A stretch of DNA of 63,211 bases, the filler included, from Phoronis australis (Eukaryota; Animalia; Phoronida), in NCBI GenBank assembly GCA_002633005.1. It is 8 parts of 8 records of this genome, joined end to end, with 100 filler letters (N's around TTAATTAATTAA, not from the genome) between each part and the next. Parts side by side here need not be neighbours in the genome. Positions count along the whole stretch, not along the records: positions 48,709 to 50,137 come from NMRA01003926.1; positions 50,238 to 60,662 come from NMRA01001754.1; positions 60,763 to 63,211 come from NMRA01003663.1; 5 more parts are not named here. The stretch is one strand, 5' to 3'. The first letter of the stretch is position 1, and each line of letters starts with the position of its first letter. Both the position numbers and the translations under genes were made by a program. The notes beneath the pieces are model-generated. The model searched no databases. It was not told the DNA's origin and worked only from the letters and a program-made list of their open reading frames with translations. Shown in pieces: positions 48,990 through 61,510 of this stretch.

Positions 48990-49047
48990 CACGTAGTCTG
49001 TTTCCTCACCACGTGAATCACGTAGTCTGTTTCCTCACCACGTGAAT
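48990..49047. repeat. 29-bp tandem duplication
   Basis: CACGTAGTCTGTTTCCTCACCACGTGAAT x2. Confidence 0.9.
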
Positions 49048-49478
49048 TACTTTGAAAGCGAAAATAGACGAAGTTTTATAAAAGCTTGTTCACTTACTGC
49101 TGTGAAGTAGTTAATGCAATGATAAACAATGACCTCTTTTCCCTGTGCATGAGTGTTCTTTGAAGTGAGCAGTCGGGCTTCCAGAGTGTTAGCTTAAGTG
49201 CCTGGAACTCTGAGGTAAAGTTCCAGCAAAAGTGACACTTGACTTATAACTGCTCACAAGGCGTTTTGCCACTAGGGGGAGTGTAATGCCAATCATTGAA
49301 TGGGGCCGTGGTATGTAGCAGGGCTGTGCATTGGCTTTATGAAAGCTTTTTCTTGGTCACCACTGTCGGCAAATCACTGCCAAATATGCTTTGCATGTGT
49401 CCAACATCACGCAATGACAGTCGTGTGTATCTTCCGAGTCACTTTCATTGGCCACTGACATCAGAGTTTATTTTCCAG

Positions 49479-49606
49479 ATCACTCATACCACCCAATCAG
49501 CAGCTGCAGTATGACAGGCAGGCTCCCAGAATGCCCACCGGTAAATTACATGTGATCCGCCTCAGTAGGAAACAGAACGAAAATCTTGGCTTCTCTGTGA
49601 GGGGAG
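49479..49606 (+). CDS. USH1C: Harmonin-like exon (end of N-domain, start of PDZ1)
   Basis: ttttccag|...|gtaaga, phase 2-1; SLIPPNQQLQYDRQAPRMPTGKLHVIRLSRKQNENLGFSVRG resembles harmonin RPLIPLKHQVEYD.LTP....KLKEVRLDR...EGLGLSVRGG. Confidence 0.82.
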
Positions 49607-49670
49607 GTAAGAAGTGGCATGAACTCTGAACTCAAATAATGAAAATCGAATGGGTGTGGTATACTTTTTA

Positions 49671-50137
49671 TTATGCGCCCACATATTTATATGTGGACGC
49701 ATTATGCCGTCATCTCTGTCCGTCCGTCCGTCCGGGCGGCGTCCGGCGTCCGCTGCTCTATCTCCAAAACCCTTTGACATACGTTCATGAAATTTGGCAC
49801 ATATGTTCCATTCATGAATGGGACGGCATGTGCGAACTTTCGGACAAATCCGACTACCGGTGTGCCCCCTAGTGGCAATTTTAAGTTTTTTACGCTTACC
49901 TTTGTATCTTCACAAGTCCTTAACGGATTTTCATGAAATTTGGTATGCAGGCACCTATTAGTGAGATGACGCTATCCTCCCATTTTCAAATGGATTTGAC
50001 ATAGTTTGCGCCACCTAGTGGCCATTTTTAGTGTTTTCGAGTCTGTTTTTGTGCGTCCACCCCTCTATCAACCAAACCGCTCAAAGGATGATTGTGAAAA
50101 TTGGCATGTATATGCTTACTATGTAGAGGACGGTTGA
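49671..50137 (+). mobile_element. HINE/DINE-1-like element, 5' part, truncated by contig end
   Basis: Same subTIR hairpin and (TCCG)n head as 2955; continues into the repeat units seen at 52689-54221. Confidence 0.85.
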
Positions 50138-50237
50138 NNNNNNNNNNNNNNNNNNNNNNNNNNNNNNNNNNNNNNNNNNNNTTAATTAATTAANNNNNNN
50201 NNNNNNNNNNNNNNNNNNNNNNNNNNNNNNNNNNNNN
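50138..50237. other. Artificial contig spacer
   Basis: N44-TTAATTAATTAA-N44. Confidence 0.97.
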
Positions 50238-50743
50238 TATAAAAAACAGACAATAGCAAGTTTCCTCCTCTGACAAACTCACAATACAACAACTGGCACT
50301 CAGGATTAATTAAAATCAAAGAGAAATTACAGAGCCAACCTGACATTCTGTCTGTCTCCACCATCAAGAAACACCCTGCTCTTTCCTTCGCAGGCCTGAG
50401 ACTAATTTTGAGGGGAAACATGACGATCCCTCATTGCTGGTAACTTACACAAAATCTTGGTCATATTAGAGACTGCACCCTGTGACCCCCATTAAAACAA
50501 TAGAGCAGCAAGAAATGCCACTACAGTCTGCACTGGCATGTTATCATGTGGTGGTGTCTTGTGTGGTTTTCATTAATGACTTTTTCAATGGCACCTGGAA
50601 CTGGCATTTTGGCTAAGGTGTAGAAAGATTCCAGAGGAAAATTTTAAAAAATGACATTAGGTGAAAGAAATTCAAAATTTAAAGGTGAGGTCGGACTCTC
50701 CTCCCCCCCNNNNNNNNNNNNNNNNNNNNNNNNNNNNNNNNNN

Positions 50744-52040
50744 CCCCAGGTGCAGCTAAAATTAACTAATCAACAAAAAAGCCGTCATCTGAGCAGTAAA
50801 TCTCAAATATTGTGAGAACGGTAAGTCATAGCATGAAACGGGTTGCACAGTGCATGAAAAGCTCTATCCACGTACCAAATTTCAGATCGATCCGTCATGG
50901 TACACTGAAAATACCGCAAAAAACTAAGTTGTTTGTTGGAGATTAGCCCTCAGAAAATCTCGAATGACTCAAGAACGGTAAGAACTTAAGAAAAACAAAG
51001 GCGTCATTTGTGGTAGCCCTTGGAATGATCTATCCGCACAAAGTAAAGTCTGAAAAATCCGACCAGAAGCAGCGGGGCGATGGCTCCGCAAACAAAAAAG
51101 GGAAAAATGGCCAGCATCTTGTATCCGATTTCAACCAATAACAATAGGCTTTGAGCCATTCATGAAATACAATGTGTAAATTTCACGTTGATCAGATAAG
51201 AATTGCAATCTTTGGCATATGAATAAAGAAACAAACAAAAAACACATAAGTGCAGCAAAAATCAGTCAATAAAGGAGCAGGGTCGTACGCAAATCCTGAA
51301 CAATTAAAAAAAGAGAAATCCTGGGAAACGTCTTCTGAAAGCCTGTTCAAAATTCTACCCAAAAAAGGAGTTCCACAAATTTTTCGAAAAAAATTTTGGA
51401 TTATTTATGTTGAAAGTCACAAACTCAAAAACGGTAAGTACGAGGAGAAAATTGTAACTGTTCATTTGATAAAGTACACCCTAAAGAATCCACATGCAAA
51501 AATCTAGGCTCTTCGTGTTCAAAATAGCACCCTAGCACTCAATTGAAAAATGATGAAAATACATCGGATCCGCCATTTTGGTTAAGCAGCACTTGATAGT
51601 AGCAGCTACTCACAAGGAACTAACAAATGAAAAATTTCTAATCAAATGGTTCTATAATGCACCCTCTACAGGACAAAACATTTTCGTCCTGAAATCAAGG
51701 TGCACAAACGCAATGGTTGATATTTCCGCCATTTTTGACCGGAAATTGATGATTTACGCCATGTGTAATACACATCTCCTACAATAAATGTACAATTTTT
51801 CAGCCGTGTACATCAAAAATGGCGGTCTCTATGAGCATTTGAATCTGAATTTTGAAAACAAAATGGCCACCAGATCCACCATCTTGAATCTGATCATGAT
51901 GAAAAACTATTCACGAGGCACACCTGTGTAAATTTCGTTGAACCGGAAAGAATTGCGATCTGTAACGTGCGGACAAGAAACAAACTGAAAGCACTGACAA
52001 AGCAACATACTTAGAGAAATTTCATTTCAACAAGTAACTA
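50744..52040 (-). mobile_element. Degenerate HINE-like repeat(s) rich in CCGCCATTTT/AAAATGGC motifs
   Basis: Repeated CGCCAT(C/T)TT and AACGGTAAG units, (AAAC)n tracts, terminal TACTT..GAAAT/ATTTC..AAGTA hairpin near 52006-52036. Confidence 0.45.
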
Positions 52041-52688
52041 GTCCAAAACTCTCCAGGAAATACTTCATGGTGTCACGGGAAGTTCTTGGTCTCTTTAAAA
52101 ATGCAAAATTCCCCAAGCTGTAGTATCACACACTGATTCAGAGTAAGTGAACTCCTGTTGTGTAATGGAATATCCCATTACCAAATGGAATTCCTTAAAA
52201 TGACTCATAATACGTCAATGAAGTATAACATGAGACCTTGTAAAAAGTTAAATTTGTAACTTCAGAATTTCTTTATCGAATCACTTGCAAATGGATTTGA
52301 CTAGCAGTCAAATGTCATGAGACAGGAGTAAACTCTAACGTTAATCTGTGAAGGGAAACTATCTACAGGAGGTTCTCACTTATTAGGCACAGAAACACAA
52401 CGCCCAAAAACAAACTCCATTTTGTCAATTTGACATCTGGTGTCACAAAATCAAAAGGGAAGACGTGAAATGTAATTTAAAAAGCAGACAACTAAATGAG
52501 GTAAAGTTTTCAACATTTCAGAGTCCAATTGTAAGTTTCATTGCATAAGGTTTCATCTTCACAATACCGGTTTTTTTAAACATACCAAGCTGAAGCAAGG
52601 TTCTGGTCAAGTCCAAAATAACTATGAGTCGTAGTTGTTTGTATTTAGTAGCCTAAAACTAAACACAATAATAGGACAAAACAATATA

Positions 52689-54221
52689 ACAAGAGCAACG
52701 CGAAGGCGGAGCGTTGAAATGCCCCCACAAATGCATTGCAAATGGTGTGCTTTTAGGGTTATTTATTTGTATCATAAAAATGGCCACTAGATGGCACAAA
52801 AACATACAATCCATCCAAAAACAGGAACGTCCCATATTTCATAAAAATCTATAAAGGAACTTCAGAGAAACAAAGGCAAGCAGAATAAAATGAAATTGCC
52901 ACTAGCGGGCACAGCGTTCGTTAGATCCACCTGAAAGTCGTCGTTGTTATCTTCATATAAATACACTTATTAGATTTAATAAAGATCCTGCAGTGGCTTT
53001 AGGAGATACAACTATGGGCGCAAAACAAAACTACGACTAGGAGGTCCCACAGTAGTCACGTCACCATCATCAAAAGTCGTCTTCACACTGAGAACATATA
53101 TCCAATTTTCAAATGATTTGGTTGATACAGGGGTGGACGCCAAAAACAAGATTTGAAAACATCAACAATGGCCACTAGGTGGTGCAAAATACCCCGATTC
53201 CATCCAAAAACAGGAAGCTAGCATCATCACAGCAATAGATGCCTATCTTTAAAATTTTATGACCTTTGAAGATACAGAGTTAAACGTAAAAACCTTAAAT
53301 TGCCAATAGGGGGGACAGCAGCAGTCAGATCTGTCCGAAAGTCGTCGTCGTCCATAGTCAACATCATATAAATACACTTGCTAAATTAAGTAAAGATCCT
53401 GCAAAGAGTTTAGGAGACACAGCCATGAGCGCAAAAAAACTGCCACTAGGATGCGCCCCAGTAGTCGAAGTCGTCAGAAAATCATCGTCAGCCGTCCACT
53501 TCATAGTAAAAAATAATGCCAATTTTCACAATTATCCTGAAAACGGTTTGGTAAACGTAAAAAACTTAAAATTGCCACTAGATGGCACACCAGTCGTCAG
53601 ATCTGTCCGAAAGTCGTCGTCGTCTGTTGTTAACGCCATATAAATAAACTTACTAAATTTCGTAAAGATCCTGCAAACGGTTTAGGAGATACAGCCATAG
53701 GCGTAAAAAAAAATAAAACTAGGAGGTGCCACAGTAGTCGAAATCGTCAGAAAATCATCGTCAACCGTCCCCTTCATAGTAAGAACATACATGCCAATTT
53801 TCACAATCATCATTTGAGCGGTTTGGTTGATAGAGGGGTGAACGCCAAAAACAAGATTTGAAAACTGCAACAATGGCCACTAGGTGGTGCAAACTACATG
53901 GAATCCATCCAAAAACGAGAGGATAGTGTCATCTCACTAATAGGCGCCTACATACCAAATTTCATGAAAATACGTTCAGGACTTTTGAAGATACAAAGGT
54001 AAGCGTAAAAAACTAAAATTGCCACTAGGGGGGCACACCAGTAGACAGATCTGTCCGAAAGTTCGCTCATGTCGTCCCATTCATGAATGGAACATATGTG
54101 CCAAATTTAATGAACGTATGTCAAAGGGTTTTGGAGATAGAGCAGCGGACGCCGGACGCCTGACGGACGCCTGACTGACGCCGGACGGAGATGACGGTAT
54201 AATGCAGTGGGCGCAAAAAAA
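52689..54221 (-). mobile_element. Full-length HINE/DINE-1-like non-autonomous Helentron with internal ~140-bp tandem array
   Basis: 5' subTIR TGCGCCCAC and microsatellite head at 54221-54140; ten repeat units; 3' subTIR (52719-52728), CAACGC/GCGTTG hairpin (52696-52716) and CTCTTGT end. Confidence 0.85.
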
Positions 54222-55041
54222 TGAATGTCTCAGCATGAAACAGGAAGTGGTTTACACCAGCTGCTCATTAATGAAACTGGTTGATTTTTCTTGACAAATA
54301 ATTTACATTTGAGTAGATGATTTACATTTTCAAAATGTATGTCAGTTGGTTTCTTTTTGACAAAAAATGTCCTCTAAATGGGCAACAGAGAACCTCCCTC
54401 TTATGAAGCAGTTAAATCTACCATGTGAACAGCTTCAGAATAAGGATTAGTGTGCTGTGTCGCCATGTATACGGTTAATTCTTTACACCTATTTAGCACA
54501 CAACATAGCGACAACTAAAATTCTACTTTAATTGTTCAATTTCATAACAAAAATTGAGATGCACTGTGTCAACATTTGATAACGCCTCCATATATTTTAA
54601 TCAATCGGTCTTTGAAAAATAGAAAATGATGATTTCAGCAATAATTTTTGTGCGAACTAAAAGTTGAAAACAGATAGTGGCAATGTTGCTTTTGGGCAAA
54701 AATGACACATTTCTGCTGCAAAAAATCATAGTGCACTGTCTCTCGGCCACACAAAATTCATGCTGTAACTTTGTCGATGCCCACCAGTTCCCTTTAGTTA
54801 ATTTTATGTGGATAAATAAAATGTCATGAAATTCTTCTTATTACAGTTGATTAGTACAAAAAGTGATGTTTTGAAATCAAGCATATTTTACTTAATGGTC
54901 GCACATTATCCAATATTGATGGAACCTTAAGTATTTGATTAATCAATCAAATTTGAACTTTTAATACCATCCTTTCAAACAATACAAGTAGCGAGACTAT
55001 CATAACAGTACACAACTTTAAAGAATATAACTCCACTTTAA

Positions 55042-55550
55042 AGGCCCTTTCATATTGACTTAACTCGGGTCTGAACGGAGCGTCGACTTAAACAGCGCAG
55101 TTACCTGGACCGTACATACTGGCTTCGGTTAATGACCATCGAAGTAAAGGGTTGGTGACGCTGACATCATCGAAGACAAGTTATCACAAGGTAGAGCTGC
55201 ACGCTAAGATTTTTTTCAATGTGACAATTTGGGAACATTTAAATGTGATAAATGACATTAAACTCATTTTTAAATCGATTGGTTATCATTAGAGCAAAAA
55301 ATAAGTAGTTATTAGTGACGGCACTACTCTGTAAAGGTTGACGATAACAGTGGCACCTGGCGATAACTTCGATTGGACTGGAGTTAAGCATTCATACTGC
55401 ACCGCAGCGTCGACGCTGCGGTCTTAAATCCACCTGTTAACTGCGATGTTAACTGGAGCTGTTAACTGCGACCCAGGACCGGAGTTAAGCGTTCATACTG
55501 ACCGCAACTCCCCAAATCATCGACGTGTTGACGTTAGTACGAAAGGCCCT
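55042..55550. mobile_element. PIF/Harbinger-type MITE, TAA TSD
   Basis: TAA|AGGCCCTTTCATA...TACGAAAGGCCCT|TAA; internal GGAGTTAAGC.TTCATACTGCACCGCA repeats. Confidence 0.8.
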
Positions 55551-56180
55551 TAAATGACTACAAGGACTTCTAACCAAAACAAGGAAATCGTGAAATGGGT
55601 CGATTTACTACAACAAAACGGAGTTGAAATTTTCTTGCCATGTCAGCATTTACTGTCTGCCAATATTCCAAGATCACTTGTCACTGTTACGAAACCAACC
55701 ATTCTTGGGGCATTTTTTGGAAGCTGATGACCATAAAAAGGTCAGTTTGTAACACTGGACACAAAAGCATAATTGGATTTCTTACTTTGCCTATATTTTT
55801 CGTAACTTGCCCAAATTTTTCACTATTTTTTGGAAACTGATCCATCCTACCTGACACATCTGTGACCGCATGGGAAGCTTTGAGACATATTTTGTGTAGC
55901 TATATAATTTGTGTTTAAGGTGGTGAATAAAGCAAGAAATGCCCTTTTATTTTAGTCTCTATTCTGCAGCATGATATTATGTAATTTTATCCTCTTTCAC
56001 AGCTGGATGCAAATTGATTTTATGCTTCAGGGACAAATCTCTATCTCTACCTTTCTTGACACAGGCAACAACAGTCTGACTCCATAACAGTGCACCTCAT
56101 TAGATTAATCTGTAACTATTTCCACTTATGTTAATCAAATCAAGATCTCCAAAGACAAACAGAGCACACATTATTAACTT

Positions 56181-56340
56181 CCTCTGCATTCCCCATGGTC
56201 ATTTAGAATGGTCAGGCCCCTGACCAGCCAACCAAGTTGGGTTAGTCTCTGGCTAAAAGTACATCCTCTGCATTCCTCCATGGTGATTTGGAACCAACTG
56301 ACCCCCTGATCAGCCAACCAAGTTGGGTTGATCTCTGGCT
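56181..56340. repeat. ~84-bp tandem duplication
   Basis: CCTCTGCATTCC...CAGCCAACCAAGTTGGGTT...TCTCTGGCT twice. Confidence 0.8.
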
Positions 56341-56877
56341 GGTATATTCACTGCTTGATGACTGTCAACTGTTACCCTTACTAGAGTCCCATTTAGACAT
56401 TGGCTTTTGACATGGCACAAGATGTGGTATGAAGTGGCCAGTTACAAACACACAACTCAGACACCATAGCAAGGTTGTAAGTAGAAAATGTGTAGTGCTT
56501 CTGCTCAAAGATGCAAACTGCGGGAGTCACAGTTCATTACTTGTTTTATTTGTCATTATTATTATTGTTCCGGTTGTTGTTGTTATGGTGCTTCTAATTG
56601 ATCCCAAGTGTACATGACATTGTGTTTTGCTTCAATGACTGTACATAACCAAGCATTTGAATAGAACCCAGTCCTGACTGTTAACTATATTATTCTGACA
56701 ACTGCCAAACAAAATAAATGGTGGTCAGGGTTGAAGTTAAAAGACAAGGCACTGACTGGCAAATCGTAAAAATTGGGCGAAATTGATCACCTGAATATGT
56801 GCCTTTTTTTGCAAGCACAATAGAGATGATCCCTTCCAGCTTGCCCCAGTTTCGCATTTAGACACAAGCCACTTTTA

Positions 56878-59800
56878 CCGTAAACGTTCGGGTTAACGCC
56901 CTGGGCGGTTAAATTGGCAAACCCAAAAAATCGGGGGTGGGCGGTTAACCAGACATGGGCGCTTAAACGTGAAACTTCAAAAAATCCAGGGTGGGCGGTT
57001 AACCGAACATGGGCGCTTATTACGACAGGCAAGCGCCCTGGGCGGTTAATCTTACCTCGTGATCTAAGTACCCACACCACACACGTAGGCCTACTCGGAA
57101 CGCGTAGCACTTTTCAAAGAGCGTTATCATCACGTCCCCACATGACGGGAAAAATGTCATAACAGCGGATGATCCTAACAAAGGTTATCATGCCCTCAGA
57201 TTAGTTATTCACTATTAAATTTACAGAATTGCTGAGTAATAGCCCCGTGCCGTGCCGTCCTGTGGTCTTGTTATTTAGCCCTGAAGAGCGCAGACGACCA
57301 GTGACCACACAGCCTCTACTTGGATTGTAACTATTTCATCTTGCTAAAGTGCGCGCGTGCAAGCTTCACGTGTTGCAGAGGTCACAGCAGACATCAAATT
57401 TATGGTTCAGTCTCGTACTAGCTGCCAAGTTCATAGTCAGAGAGCAGTTTTAAAATTGGTTGTAATAAAAGTTTGAAAACCTTAATTCAGAAGCTTTTTG
57501 TGTTTGGGATGTTTATAGTCAACACTGTGTGACTCAGTGACATTTTCAGCGTATGGTACTGTGGCTGCCCGGCATTGCTCACTTGCCGTTGCGCCAAACA
57601 TGCTCGGCAAAGAAGTAGGCCCAAGACAAGAATCGGGGTTAAGCGGCCGTGTGCCACTCGTCAATCAAGAATAAAATTTCGAGCCACGGCATAAATATGT
57701 GATAAAACGCTACAAAACAGCGATGTTTCAGTTCATAAACGATCACCTTACCAAACTTCGTGGTGGAAAAACATTTATTTTTCATGCAAGATGTCCAGAT
57801 TATCCTATTTATATCACTTGCAATATTGCACTGCGGCACTGTTCGGTCCCGTTGTTAGCGCGCAATGACTCAGTCGGCTGACAATCATGACTTGGAAATG
57901 CCGTCAAGTAATATAGCGGCCTCTTTCAATATGCATCTCGTTTTTTATGGCTTAAGATAGCGGCGGGATTCAGCACACGCACAGGGCCTACGTGCGAGTC
58001 ACCTGTCAATCACATGTTGGTGTCAAGGTAACATGCACTCCAAAGTGTGGGAACTTGCGCGCGTGCACCACTACAAAGTCACACATCAAAAGAGAATAGC
58101 GACAGTCCTAACAGAAACGAGCGTGACTATATACTTTTAACCATTGTCTCATTTCTCTGGCCTGATTTTTTCGAATATATGTTTTATCAAGTGCACATGT
58201 GGGAACTTGCGCGCGTGCACCACTACAAAGTCACACATCAAAAGAGAATAGCGACAGTCCTAACAGAAACGGGCGTGACTATATACTTTTAACCATTGTT
58301 TCATTTCTCTGGCCTGATTTTTTCGAATATATGTTTTATCAAGTGCACTACAGACGAAAACTCAGCGCAGCAGACAAAGTCGCTGAAAGCACATTACCAG
58401 CAATTCGTAAACTAGGTCATCCGCCAGGTTCTCTGCGTAAACTAGGTCATCGCTTATGGACCAGTAAGCACTGCACTCTCCGCGTGTCCGAGTACTGGCG
58501 AGAAGCACCAGGAAGGTTGTTCAACATTATGTAGCCCAAAATTACCAAAGTTCAAATATATTCCGTTAAAAAGGAAAGACAAAACATATTAGTACAGATG
58601 TCTGACCAATATATCATGAGTCACCACTCGTAAGCAAATCAAAGCTGTCCTTACTCGTTGCCTTATCTCGCAATACCTCAATCGAATAGTTTTCAGTTTG
58701 CAATGCAACTGTACAATTCTCATGAATTCAACTTGTAATGACCCCTTTCTATTTTAAACCATGCCCAAAGTACCCAGAAACAAATTATTGTTAGGTACAA
58801 CGAGTTTTTTTTCTCTGAAGTGGATCGTAAACACCTCAAGTGAGTTTTCCGCTCATAGCTACTTTGGTTTAGAGCTGAATTCAGTTTGGCTCCCATACTA
58901 TGGGCCGGGCCAGGCCGGTCAAGGGCCAACCCCTGTTGTACGCACTACTTAGAACATGGGAATCAAACTGTTATATATAGCGAAAACGTTTATTAGTATA
59001 CTGGTGTGAATATTATCAGTGATTTAACCAAAAACTTCGAACTAACTAGACCCACTAATGATAGTCTATGGATGATAAACTGATATCAAAAGGCCAAAAT
59101 TGGCAATTTTCGGCCACCCCATGTTAAATACAAAATTTTGTCTAATTTTCTTCAGACTCCTACATTTCAATCTTGATTATACTGACATCTGTTGGGTCTA
59201 TCGGCAACTAAACGCACATGAAAGGCTTGATCGAAAATTATCGTTTTCTCACATGCACTTTCGGGTTTTTAGCGGCGATTCCACTGATCGAAGCGACAAA
59301 ATAAGCCAAAACTTTGACCATACATGAAATTTTTTCCAATTTTGCTGAAACTTGGCCACGTTTTAAACAAAATACTTATCTATGTTATGTGCTATCGGCA
59401 AATGTGATTGATTCATAAATAAGACCCTCACACTGTGTTTTCTGCGAAACCCATGTATCCTGAAGGGGGCTAACCGAGAGATTTTCGCGCATGCGCAGTT
59501 CATGGTTTCAATATTGCTGGTAATGGGAGGTTTTGACGCCGGCGGCGTTCTTAAACTTGGGAAGAAAATAAAGTGACAAAAACGTTCAAGTATTATATTT
59601 TGAAGTGAGTCCATGACCCAAGACAATAACTTGTTACTTGTATAATTGCAATTCACATTGCTAAACCATCGTCTCGGAGGCCCGGCGTCGTTGCGCTCAT
59701 TGTGATCATCGATCTTTTTCTCAAAGTCGGGGAATCGCGCGTTTCCTTAGCACTGGGCGCTAAATNCTTCATTCTTTAAAAGTCCGGGATGGGCGCTTAA

Positions 59801-59942
59801 CCGAGAGGTGGGTGCTTAACTGGAAATCTTCAAAAATCGTAGGGGGGCGCTTAACTGAGCAGTGGGCGGTTAAATCGAAAATCCACCTAAAGTAGGGGGT
59901 GGGCGGTTAACTGAGCATGGGCGTTAACCCCAACGATTACGG
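56878..59942. mobile_element. 3-kb non-autonomous Tc1/mariner (pogo-like) element, TA TSD
   Basis: TA|CCGTAAACGTTCGGGTTAACGCCC...GGGCGTTAACCCCAACGATTACGG|TA; subterminal GGGCGGTTAA/GGGCGCTTA arrays at both ends; no transposase ORF; carries a repeat (57640-58130) also found inverted at ~39670-40190. Confidence 0.8.
58046..58348. repeat. Near-perfect 152-bp tandem duplication
   Basis: 58046-58197 is repeated at 58198-58348. Confidence 0.95.
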
Positions 59943-60563
59943 TATATGTATGCTTCATACTGGTTGGGATTACAATAGCCACTGTACTGCATAGCCTGGG
60001 CTGGCTTCTTTTGTTTGGGGAACAAGGATGGTTATCAGCAATAGCCATTCCCTGTTACTGACGACATTCTTTCCCGATCATTTTAGAGACCGCAGACTAC
60101 AGAAACTAGACCTATCCTTGAAAATTGTACTTCTCTGTTTTTTGAAAAAGAAAAAGTGGTTAACTAGTAGTGCAGAAGACAAAAGACAGCACATTGTGAG
60201 TGCTGTTCCTTTGTTGATAACTGTCAACCTATATTGAGTAAACTGTGTGAGCAAACATACTATAAGGGAGTGACTTGAAAGTGTACATCACCCCCACGGC
60301 CCACAACAAACTTGCTTATCACAGTGTTTAAATACCAACAAAACTGCAGTGAAGTTTGAATGGGGGAGTACATTATGATATTACATGACCGGTTTCCTGC
60401 GAATAAAATTCCTAATTCAATTTTCAGTCTGCTAAACAGTGCGAAATGCAGCTTTTTAAAAGTTTGCGAATTTCCAGGAATGGGAGACTCCATGTTCACT
60501 AAAGTGCTGTCCATACACAGTCTACACAGTTGTCGCTAGGTTTGGAGGTTGTGTGGACGCTGT

Positions 60564-60654
60564 TTAAATTCGTTCAGCTTGTCCCACTTGTGACAGCTTC
60601 ACCTTATTGAGGTGCAGTAACATGCACTCCTTATGATCCTGCGTGGCTGCAAAC
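60564..60654 (-). CDS. Probable terminal coding exon of an unidentified gene
   Basis: ttccccag| then phase-2 FAATQDHKECMLLHLNKVKLSQVGQAERI*; family not recognised; acceptor lies at the contig edge. Confidence 0.4.
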
Positions 60655-60662
60655 CTGGGGAA

Positions 60663-60762
60663 NNNNNNNNNNNNNNNNNNNNNNNNNNNNNNNNNNNNNN
60701 NNNNNNTTAATTAATTAANNNNNNNNNNNNNNNNNNNNNNNNNNNNNNNNNNNNNNNNNNNN
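60663..60762. other. Artificial contig spacer
   Basis: N44-TTAATTAATTAA-N44. Confidence 0.97.
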
Positions 60763-60884
60763 CTCTGTGTCCATTCTGAATATATGGACACCAGCCCATC
60801 ATCTGACTGGACTGTGCACACCTTAGCAGAAGTAATGGAAGGTATGCCGGCCAAATCCTTGTAAATCTGCACAGCGTCTGCAAG
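60763..60884 (-). CDS. APEH: Acylamino-acid-releasing enzyme, exon 2 (truncated by contig end)
   Basis: ttcttttcag|; LADAVQIYKDLAGIPSITSAKV...VSIYSEWTQ resembles the APEH N-terminus A..LYR.L...P.LS.A.......V.TEWTQRDL. Confidence 0.8.
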
Positions 60885-61361
60885 CTGAAAAGAATATATC
60901 TTTGAAAATACATAAACACACAAGTATGCAATGGTAACTATTATGGTTGTAATTTTTTCCAGTATTGTAGGTCAATGACAATGCAGGTCAATGTAGGTCG
61001 ATGTAGGTCTGACTCAAGTCAACAAGGGACAATCCATTTTAAATAAATGCTCAGCGAGTTCTCACCACCCACCACAAGAACCCAAGCACAAAGGTCGTGT
61101 CTGCATGATGTAAAATGTAATTGGCTCATAAGTGAAGGCTACAATTCGCCCTGTTTAGCCAGCTAAAATAAAAAAGTTGATTTATGCCTGGTAGGTTCTA
61201 CTACCGACAATGTGTGAAGCTAACCAGCTTTGCAAGACTAACTGATCTAATACCTCAGACCTACAACGCCACTGTTACAATAGCTATTATGTCAAAGAAC
61301 AAATGAGAGATAAGGCAGTCCTTAAATGTTGATAAATAGGTTTTGGTGCAGAGAATGATAC

Positions 61362-61379
61362 CTCAACAACACCCGGCAT
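61362..61379 (-). CDS. APEH: APEH putative first coding exon (MPGVVE)
   Basis: ATG...GAG|gtatca, phase 0, compatible with exon 2; next to a promoter-like region. Confidence 0.55.
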
Positions 61380-61510
61380 TTCGAACAGGGAACAGGAAGC
61401 CTGTGTTTTGAGTAACCACCAGGGGCGCTATCTGAGCGCCTGGTCGTCGCTCACTTCTTTGTTCTACAAAAATGTCAAAGGACCAGTTGATTTCCAATAT
61501 GGCCGCCTCC
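61380..61510. promoter_or_regulatory. Compact, possibly bidirectional housekeeping promoter
   Basis: ETS-like CAGGAAG, CTCF-like CCACCAGGGGCGC and YY1-like AATATGGCCGCC between divergent ATGs (61379 minus, 61499 plus). Confidence 0.45.

Noticed and set aside
284-49606. Clustering of two PDZ scaffold genes (syntrophin, harmonin), each followed by the same HINE
   Set aside because: They lie on different contigs joined by artificial spacers; contigs simply break at this abundant repeat.
54388-54427. EPPSYEAVKSTM* (PPxY plus PDZ-binding end) as a terminal exon
   Set aside because: No polypyrimidine tract and no upstream exons found; likely chance.
58047-58534. Twin ORFs MGTCARAPLQ...
   Set aside because: Produced by a 152-bp tandem duplication inside a non-autonomous transposon; period is not a multiple of 3.
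3124-60762. Recurrent TTAATTAATTAA motif as a biological repeat
   Set aside because: Always centred in N44 runs: an assembly concatenation linker. ORFs running through the Ns are artefacts.
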